From Candidatus Woesearchaeota archaeon (lineage in GTDB: Archaea; Nanobdellota; Nanobdellia; Woesearchaeales; JAGWAF01), in assembly GCA_018303205.1 (NCBI GenBank), contig JAGVYP010000033.1, positions 1 through 51,270 of the forward strand: a stretch of 51,270 bases of DNA. Direction: 5' to 3'. Positions 44,673 through 51,270 of this stretch are shown here, one piece after another; positions within the stretch are counted from its first letter, which is position 1, and every line of letters begins with the position of its first letter. The position numbers were made by a program, and so were the translations under genes. The notes beneath the pieces are model-generated. The model did not search any database and had not been told where the DNA came from. It was given only the letters and a program-made list of their open reading frames with translations.

Positions 44673-45977
44673 TTGTGGATTCATGAAGAGAAAATAACCT
44701 TTGTTACTGAATATCAGCAGCTATATGATCAAGGAGAGTTATCTTTCAAAAAATTTATTCTGGATGATCAACAATTTAAAAAAAACTATAGCGAATGGAA
44801 AAGTCTTGTTGATGAAATCCTTTCTTTTTTTGCTACCGTAACGAAAAAATCATTAGCTAAAAAATCTAAAGAAGAGCTTGCTCAGTCCTATACTCAATTC
44901 CTGAAGATAGTCTGCCTTTTTTGGACTGTCGGTTTACTTCCAGAAATAGCTAACTGGGGCGGGGAGCAATTGCTCAAAAGAAAATTGCAAAAAATTCTTT
45001 CTAAGAATAATTTTATTCGTGTTTTTGAGCGTTTGACAGCTCCGCAAGATTATTCTTTTTATCAAGATGAAGAAATTGATTTGTTCAATATAAAATTAGG
45101 TAAAAGAACGTTAAAAGAACATCAAGAAAAGTTTTTTTGGATGCTCAACAGTTATCATCATACAAAAGTTTTGCCCATCTCTTATTTTCAGGAGCGTTTA
45201 GATACTTTATCACTTGGAGAAGCAAAAAAAAGATTAAAAACTTTACAATCTTTCCCAGAAGAAACAAAACAAGCAAAAAAAAAGATTATAAAAAAGTATC
45301 ATTTATCAAATGAGGTTGCAAAGATAGCACAGCGATTGTCATTTTGTATCTGGTGGCAAGATCTACGTAAAAAATATATTTTCATGATCAATCACCAACT
45401 TGATCTCTATGTAGATGCGATAACGGTTCATTTTAAAATAGATGCTCACAAACTGCATTATTATACGGTTGAAGAATTAAAAATCTTATTAGAAAAAAAT
45501 AAACAGATATCTCAAGAGATGATAAAAAATCGTTTGAATTATTTTGTTGAAATATACCATCAAAAAGAAAATAGTGTTGAACATTCTTTTGGAATGCGAT
45601 GCAAACAGAAGATACAACCTTTTTTAAAACAAACATTTGATCCTGCACAAAAGAAACTAAAAGGGTTAGTAGTCAGTTCAGGAAAAAAAGTGCAGGGAAA
45701 AGCAAAAATAATTTTATCTCCGAAAGATTTTTCTAAGATGCAAAAAAATGATGTTTTGGTATGTCCTATGACTGCTCCTGATTATATTGTAGCAATGCGC
45801 AAAGCTGTTGCTATCGTTACTGACGAAGGTGGTATGACGTGCCATGCTGCAATTGTTGCAAGAGAGTTAGGTATTCCTTGTATTGTTGCAACCAAAATTG
45901 CCACAAAGCTTTTAAAGGATAATGATCTTGTTGAAGTAGACACTGAGTTGGGGATTGTGAGGAAATTATCTGAGTAA
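44673..45977 (+). CDS. Same family, paralog 5; the N-terminus appears frameshifted (true start probably the ATG at 44614)
   Basis: The C-terminus is GLVVSSGKKVQGKAKII...NDVLVCPMTAPDYIVAMRKAVAIVTDEGGMTCHAAIVARELGIPCIVA...VEVDTELGIV. The family N-terminal motif is encoded in another frame at 44614-44673. Confidence 0.75.
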   Translation: MWIHEEKITFVTEYQQLYDQGELSFKKFILDDQQFKKNYSEWKSLVDEILSFFATVTKKSLAKKSKEELAQSYTQFLKIVCLFWTVGLLPEIANWGGEQLLKRKLQKILSKNNFIRVFERLTAPQDYSFYQDEEIDLFNIKLGKRTLKEHQEKFFWMLNSYHHTKVLPISYFQERLDTLSLGEAKKRLKTLQSFPEETKQAKKKIIKKYHLSNEVAKIAQRLSFCIWWQDLRKKYIFMINHQLDLYVDAITVHFKIDAHKLHYYTVEELKILLEKNKQISQEMIKNRLNYFVEIYHQKENSVEHSFGMRCKQKIQPFLKQTFDPAQKKLKGLVVSSGKKVQGKAKIILSPKDFSKMQKNDVLVCPMTAPDYIVAMRKAVAIVTDEGGMTCHAAIVARELGIPCIVATKIATKLLKDNDLVEVDTELGIVRKLSE

Positions 45978-46370
45978 CTGCATAAGCTCAGTTGTAGAAA
46001 TAATACTTACTTCATCCTGTTCTTTTAATTTTTTATCGTTTGACCAAATAGGGCATTTTAATTTCATTGCTAATGCAAAATAAATGCTATCACCGTTATC
46101 AGGAGAGATAGTTTTTGCTTTTTCTATGTAATCTTCATATTCTTCTTCTGGTATTATAACAATGATATCTTGGAGTATATGCAAGATCTGGATAAGTTCT
46201 TCTCTTGTTCGTTTTGTTTTTTCTTGAAGATAATTTATGTATTTAAGATATTCTTCACTAAAAAAATCAGGGGAATAAAGTTGTATATTTTTTTCAAAGA
46301 GAAGTTTTGCATTTGTCCCTTCTTTGATAAGTGCAGAAAAAATAATATTTGCGTCAATAATAAAGTTCAT
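45966..46370 (-). CDS. PIN-domain protein (toxin)
   Basis: MNFIIDANIIFSAL...IWSNDKKL. It is 134 aa and overlaps the upstream antitoxin gene by 4 nt. Confidence 0.7.
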   Translation of the reverse strand: MNFIIDANIIFSALIKEGTNAKLLFEKNIQLYSPDFFSEEYLKYINYLQEKTKRTREELIQILHILQDIIVIIPEEEYEDYIEKAKTISPDNGDSIYFALAMKLKCPIWSNDKKLKEQDEVSIISTTELMQLLR

Positions 46371-46594
46371 TGTAAAGCTTTATGTCTTTTTGCCATCCCT
46401 GCTTTGACTTTTCTTCCCAGTTCTATAGCATCTTCTTCTGTGAGAGTGCTATCCTTAGTAAATTCTCGAAATTGTCTTAACAAGGAAAGTTTCTTCTGAA
46501 TAGCAGATCTCGCAACAGCGCTCCAATTAATATCTTGGAATTTGTCCATTTCTTGTTTCATCTCTTCAGGTACTGCCAATGTTATACTTACCAT
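46367..46594 (-). CDS. Ribbon-helix-helix (CopG-like) antitoxin
   Basis: MVSITLAVPEEMKQEMDKFQDINWSAVARSAIQKKL is an RHH pattern. The start is set at the internal ATG at 46594 rather than 46663. Confidence 0.55.
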   Translation of the reverse strand: MVSITLAVPEEMKQEMDKFQDINWSAVARSAIQKKLSLLRQFREFTKDSTLTEEDAIELGRKVKAGMAKRHKALQ

Positions 46595-46701
46595 AAAAAC
46601 ACCTCCGTATATTACGTTTATTACGTGTAATACGTTTAAATATTTAAATCTTTCGGTTTGCACTCTAAAACATTTAAAAACTCAAGCCTTTTCTTTAGGC
46701 T

Positions 46702-47814
46702 ATGAATCAAAAAGAACGCATTAAAGCAGCAGTGCAAGAACTTCTCTCAACAGATAAAATGACGATAGAAGTACCCATCGATAATCATCATATCAATATT
46801 TTGCCTTTGCCAAAGTTATGGTATAACAAATCTATTTTTTTCATTCAAAAGTGGATGGTTCCCAGTCATTTCAAAAATGCGCTGATGAGAACAACAGGCG
46901 CAAAGATTGGCAAGGATTGTTGTTTGCCTCATTATCATATTTGGGATGCATATTTTCCTGAATTGATTCAACTAGGTGAGGGAGTGCTTATTGGAGGTTT
47001 AACTACTCTAAAAGCGCATGAAATCAAAGAAAATAAGCTTATTCTTGGAAAAATCATTTTGGAAAAAAGAACCATGACAGGAGGAGATACCATCCTTCAT
47101 CCTGGAACTATTATTAGAGAAGGAGGCATGACAGGATTTCGCACCGATTTTCAAGGAGAAATAAAAAAAGGAGAAATCTGGATGGGCAATCCTCCCTTCT
47201 TGTTTAGCACCTTAGACCAAGCAGGAATAGACAAATACTTCAAAAAAAAAGAAATGCACCACAAAGAATATTATAAAGATGCACGAAAACAAATTAATGC
47301 ATTCTTGAAAGACAAGAATCAGATGTTCTTTAAACTGTATTATGGTGGAAAAAGAGCAGGACCGGGAAATGACTGGTGGAGAGCAAGACCTGTCTGGAAA
47401 ATTTGGTATAATGGTATTTTAGTTGAACTTTCAAGACTCATGCCAACAAGTGGTTTACGAAAATTATGTTATCGTCTCATGGGTGCAACCATTGGCAAAA
47501 ATGTCTATTTGGGAAAAAATGTTATCTTTGATCATATTTATGGGGATTTAGTTACGTTAGAAGATGATGTTGTTTTAGAAGATGATACGTATGTAGATGG
47601 GCATTCTTATACTATGTCACAAACTGTTTTCGGAAGAGTGCTTGTCAAAAAAGGAGCAAGAGTAAAAAAAGGCGCAATGCTTTACTGTGGAACCCTTATT
47701 GGAGAAGGAAGCATTATTGAACCTTACAGCTTAGCACAAAAAGAAATTCCTGCAGGGGAAGTTTGGGGTGGAATGCCTGCAAAGTTTATCAGAAAGGTAC
47801 ATGAAAAAGAATAA
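46702..47814 (+). CDS. Tandem left-handed beta-helix (hexapeptide-repeat) acyltransferase-like protein
   Basis: Two similar halves: GAKIGKDCCL...LGEGVLIGG...IWMGNPP and GATIGKNVYLGKNVIF...VLEDDTYVDG...GEVWGGMPAKFIRK. Confidence 0.55.
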   Translation: MNQKERIKAAVQELLSTDKMTIEVPIDNHHINILPLPKLWYNKSIFFIQKWMVPSHFKNALMRTTGAKIGKDCCLPHYHIWDAYFPELIQLGEGVLIGGLTTLKAHEIKENKLILGKIILEKRTMTGGDTILHPGTIIREGGMTGFRTDFQGEIKKGEIWMGNPPFLFSTLDQAGIDKYFKKKEMHHKEYYKDARKQINAFLKDKNQMFFKLYYGGKRAGPGNDWWRARPVWKIWYNGILVELSRLMPTSGLRKLCYRLMGATIGKNVYLGKNVIFDHIYGDLVTLEDDVVLEDDTYVDGHSYTMSQTVFGRVLVKKGARVKKGAMLYCGTLIGEGSIIEPYSLAQKEIPAGEVWGGMPAKFIRKVHEKE

Positions 47815-47871
47815 ACCATAAAATAAAAAGGATAACGAAGCTGTACTGTCCTCAGGTTGAAGAAGTACATT

Positions 47872-47973
47872 GTGATCATTGCCTTGGAGCAAAACCAGAA
47901 AAACAAGCGATTCATGCAGCTTGTTTTTCGCAAGATCTGCGACAAGGGAGCAGTATGTCTCCGCAATGATCAC
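47872..47973 (-). repeat. Copy C of the same element (inverted orientation)
   Basis: The reverse complement reads GTGATCATTGC-GGAGA...CGCAGATCTTGCG-AAA-AACAAGC-TGCATGAATC-GCTTGTT-...TTTTGCTCCAAG-GCAATGATCAC. Confidence 0.8.
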
Positions 47974-48084
47974 AAAAAAGATAAAAAGGTGATAAGCAGC
48001 AAACCTCCGTGATGACCCCATCAAAAAATTCTACAAGGTAAAAATAGAAAAAATTGATAAAAAGATTATAACAAAAGTCAAAGA

Positions 48085-48873
48085 ATGATGGAAAAAAAAG
48101 AATTAAAAAAAAGATTAGCTTCTCTTGACTTATTTCTTATTGATATCGATGATACGATTGCTCCGCACATGACCGTAGGTATAGCAAATACTCTTGCACG
48201 TGATGTTATCAGTTCTTGTTTTTTTAATGAAAAATTAGAAAACCCAGACCATATTATTACTACAAAAGAAAATGTTTCTTTTATTTTGAAATCTTTTTTT
48301 AAAAATAAAATAGTATTCACAAAAAATAAAAAACAGTATAAAGATCTTTTTTTTGTTTTATATTATGGAATAAAACTTCATATTTTAAAATTATTATTCA
48401 ATCTTACCAATGCGTCAAAAATATATCATGTAAGTAATGAATGCTTAATCAATAATTTTCTTCTTTTGTTGAAAAAAACAAATACTAATATAACAAAATA
48501 TCAGTATAATAATCAACAATTACAAAAGAGTTTGTTTCCCGGTGTTAAGGAGTTTCTTGAAAAAATAAAAACAACAAAAATTGCGATGAGCCAAAGTTTT
48601 GATGTTGGAACATATAAGCAATTGCTTCATTTCGATAAAATAATTGATAACAACATAAATAAAATACAAATCAAAAACAGCAACGACAAATATAGAATCG
48701 CAAAAAATTTGTCCAAAGACAAAAAAGAGATTGGCATTCTGATGAATGACTATGAAGATGAAGAGTTGCTCAAGTTGTCAAATGTAAAGTTGATTATTAT
48801 GAAAAGTCCTCCTTGGAGATTAAAGAAAAAAGCGGATGTGATTATCCAGAAAGATTATGAATATCTTCTTTAA
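48085..48873 (+). CDS. HAD-superfamily hydrolase-like protein
   Basis: DLFLIDIDDTIAP carries the DxDxT motif I. There is a late acidic motif, ILMNDYEDEE. The sequence is very AT/Lys/Asn-rich. Confidence 0.45.
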   Translation: MMEKKELKKRLASLDLFLIDIDDTIAPHMTVGIANTLARDVISSCFFNEKLENPDHIITTKENVSFILKSFFKNKIVFTKNKKQYKDLFFVLYYGIKLHILKLLFNLTNASKIYHVSNECLINNFLLLLKKTNTNITKYQYNNQQLQKSLFPGVKEFLEKIKTTKIAMSQSFDVGTYKQLLHFDKIIDNNINKIQIKNSNDKYRIAKNLSKDKKEIGILMNDYEDEELLKLSNVKLIIMKSPPWRLKKKADVIIQKDYEYLL

Positions 48874-48891
48874 TTGCCATCCATTATTATT

Positions 48892-51270
48892 TTATTTTTT
48901 ATAAGGTATAACTTGTTTTCCTAAATCGATCACGTGCAATACTCGTTGTTTTCCTTTTGCAGTAAACCGATAGAGGTCGATATTAACACCCATCTGGTCA
49001 GTTCCTTCAGTTCCCAGCGTAGTCACAACAAGTTCATTACTAAAACGAAAGTAAGCACCTCCGACATCACCACCATAACGACCAAATCTCATACTGCTAA
49101 TTCCACTGGGAGCACTGTATCTCCTATCATCTTCTGCAGTTGCATGAAGGTGTGCTCTGAAAAGCGGAAAATATCCCTCTTGTAATTGAGAGTCCGATCT
49201 TGCTGACTCATCATTCGTAACCTGTTGTATAAGGTTTAATCCTGGATTAAAAGGAATTTCCTTTATGCTATTGGGTTTATTTGCTACGAAAACAAGTTTT
49301 CCATCTTGGTAATATACGTCAAAACTGAGTTCTGTTGGGAAATGTTTACCAGTAGCACCTTCTTTATATTCGTTGATATCACTCCAAGCTAGATTACCCA
49401 TAAATGTTTTTGCTTTGTCTATTGATAGTGCATCATAAAGTAGTTTTATTTGTAAGAGTTCAAAATGAGAAAGAAGAGAAAGATCTGGTCTTTCTTGATG
49501 TTCATCTGTTCCATTGGAATCAGTTCTCACAACAGGTGCAGTGTCGTATATTTTTTGTACTGCTTTTTCTAGTTCTCCACGATTTTGGTAGGTTGCAAGA
49601 AGCGTTTTATCAGTTTGCAAAGCAGCAACTAAACCCATGTCATATCTTGAAAGTTTTCCATGATCCTCATAAATTTCTTTAATAAGGTTTGTATCTATGC
49701 TCTCTCCACGTTCTACAAACCATGCAAGAGTGTCTTTTTCAAAAACGACATATCTTGCACGTTTGTCTTTCATAACAAAAGTTCTTAGTTTTTCATCTGC
49801 AGCTATAGGAAGAAGATGAGCTATTTCAACATCACTAAGATCAGTATTTCCATTAGCAACCAATCCTTCTAAGAATGCTCGACCATCATAAGCTCCTAAT
49901 CTGCTCAATAAGTCCAGCTCTGAGAGTACCATACCCTCTCTTTGAGCAATATGTTCTTGATACAGAGTTACATATTCTTCTCCTCCTTGTCTTGCGAGAT
50001 GAAGCAAATAAGTAGCACTTTCTTGTCCAAAAACACCTTCTAATGGGCCATACAATCGTTCCATAAGCTGGCTGAGACCTCCTAGATTAAACTCAGCAGT
50101 GTCTAAATAAACAAGAAATGACTTCTGTGCTTCTAGCTCAGCTAAGAGAACCAAATCTAAAGAATTCTCTAGCTTACCACCAAAGGGGCTCTCTACCATC
50201 CCGCTTATACTGGTAGCGTGAAGATCCTCTTTTAAGAATGTTAAAAAATCAAGAGAAACAACATCAAGAGCATCAATATCTTTTCCGTAAAAAATATTTT
50301 TTCCAAAATGTTCTTTACAATAGTCTATTTTTTCTTTTAATGCATCAGTAGTTGCTGCTTGAAAACCATAACGTTCCATAAAAAAATCATAGTCAGCATT
50401 GGGATTTTGAGGTGTAGCAAAACCTGGCGATAGATTACTATCTAATGTAAATAGTCCATCAAAAATATGAAGTCCAAATGCTTGATAACGATCGTAAAGA
50501 GCAAACATTTTTTCAGAAGTAAAAAATTCAAAATTTCTTTGCCCTCGTTCAAAGCGTCCTTTTCTATCTCTAACTTCATGTTCAGCTAGTTCACGATAAT
50601 CTTCTAATTGTGGTTCACGCGCTTTGCCTGTTTTTTCATCTATAAATTTCTCAGGATGTGTCTTAAACAATTGAGAATCCCATGCAAATCCTTTCCGTTG
50701 TTTTTCTTCAACTGTGAGTGTTGGTTCTTGCAATCCAAAAGCGATACTCCCTAAAGTATGGAATATGCGGTCATAATCTGTTGCCGCTGTTTTAACATAA
50801 TTAAATAATCGTTTTAATTTGTCTATTTGTTCATCACTAAGGTTTGATATAGCTTCAAAGTATATATCTGAAATTTCGTTTTCAAGTCTATGAAGAAGAT
50901 TTATTTTTGCTGATGGTTGATCATACCCATCTTCAGTATGCTTTGGTTCTGGTAACACGTCATAGAATTCAGCTAAAATCTCTAAACCACGAAAATGAGC
51001 TTCTTGTCTTAACTGTGTAAGGTATTCTTCACTAAAATGATCAGGAGATTCTGGGGTAGGTTTTTTTGTATCATACCCAAATCGATTTTTGAGTAAATAG
51101 TGCAGTTGTTCTTCAGAAACAAGTACTTGCTCTAAACTAGGTTTAACAAGCTGTGTTATATCTTGGTTACCTTCATCATCTGAATTATCATATACCTGTG
51201 CCTGTCCAGCTTGTTGTGAAGTATCATGAGTACTATTCGGAACAGTATCAGCTGCACATCCTGCAAGTGC
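48892..51270 (-). CDS. Large hypothetical lipoprotein, N-terminus cut by the window edge
   Basis: The frame stays open from the GTG at 50958 up to nt 51270. Translation there begins ALAGCAADTVPNSTHD, i.e. an L-A-G-C lipobox at the edge. I recognised no family in the remaining ~790 aa. Confidence 0.6.
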   Translation of the reverse strand, partial: ALAGCAADTVPNSTHDTSQQAGQAQVYDNSDDEGNQDITQLVKPSLEQVLVSEEQLHYLLKNRFGYDTKKPTPESPDHFSEEYLTQLRQEAHFRGLEILAEFYDVLPEPKHTEDGYDQPSAKINLLHRLENEISDIYFEAISNLSDEQIDKLKRLFNYVKTAATDYDRIFHTLGSIAFGLQEPTLTVEEKQRKGFAWDSQLFKTHPEKFIDEKTGKAREPQLEDYRELAEHEVRDRKGRFERGQRNFEFFTSEKMFALYDRYQAFGLHIFDGLFTLDSNLSPGFATPQNPNADYDFFMERYGFQAATTDALKEKIDYCKEHFGKNIFYGKDIDALDVVSLDFLTFLKEDLHATSISGMVESPFGGKLENSLDLVLLAELEAQKSFLVYLDTAEFNLGGLSQLMERLYGPLEGVFGQESATYLLHLARQGGEEYVTLYQEHIAQREGMVLSELDLLSRLGAYDGRAFLEGLVANGNTDLSDVEIAHLLPIAADEKLRTFVMKDKRARYVVFEKDTLAWFVERGESIDTNLIKEIYEDHGKLSRYDMGLVAALQTDKTLLATYQNRGELEKAVQKIYDTAPVVRTDSNGTDEHQERPDLSLLSHFELLQIKLLYDALSIDKAKTFMGNLAWSDINEYKEGATGKHFPTELSFDVYYQDGKLVFVANKPNSIKEIPFNPGLNLIQQVTNDESARSDSQLQEGYFPLFRAHLHATAEDDRRYSAPSGISSMRFGRYGGDVGGAYFRFSNELVVTTLGTEGTDQMGVNIDLYRFTAKGKQRVLHVIDLGKQVIPYKK

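Noticed and set aside
1-51270. Search by eye for rRNA, tRNA, CRISPR repeats, transposases and integrases.
   Set aside because: I found no T-loop/acceptor-like tRNA candidates in the intergenic regions, no rRNA-like conserved stretches, no regularly spaced short repeats, and no DDE, tyrosine or serine recombinase motifs. A tRNAscan/Infernal run would be needed to be sure.

Overview
AT-rich (by eye), gene-dense window. It looks archaeal and probably DPANN-like: it has archaeal ribosomal protein S6e, a KRGQ class III (pilin-type) signal peptide, a 2209-aa secreted protein, and compact operons with Shine-Dalgarno sites. There are four blocks. (1) 1-12.6 kb is a plus-strand purine operon: purC (5' cut by the window edge), a PurM-like gene, purD, a purN-like gene, a PurE-like gene, purH split into two ORFs, guaB, purA and purB. 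Several of these enzymes have unusual architectures. (2) 12.6-22.3 kb is an accessory stretch with NTase/HEPN, HEXXH peptidases, wHTH regulators, an AbiE-like pair and a VapBC pair. (3) 22.3-33.8 kb is a minus-strand cell-surface locus: a membrane protein, a Cys-rich anchored protein, the 2209-aa giant with a C-terminal HEXXH module, a 668-aa pilin-signal protein, then rps6e. (4) 36.3-46 kb is the best candidate for an undescribed system. It holds five diverged paralogs, each with a helical N-domain plus a PEP-utilising phosphohistidine swivel domain and no recognisable ATP-grasp half. They are co-transcribed with a bacterial-type pta, interrupted by a ParB-like/Bro-N insert, and followed by a PIN-RHH pair. 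The second strong signal is non-coding: a ~100-nt element in three copies (24154-24253, 31076-31176, 47872-47973). Two of its stems covary while the loop and junction sequences stay invariant. Each copy sits just 3' of a stop codon, and two copies bracket the giant gene. I recognised no rRNA, tRNA, CRISPR array, transposase or integrase. All calls come from reading motifs by eye; no searches were run.
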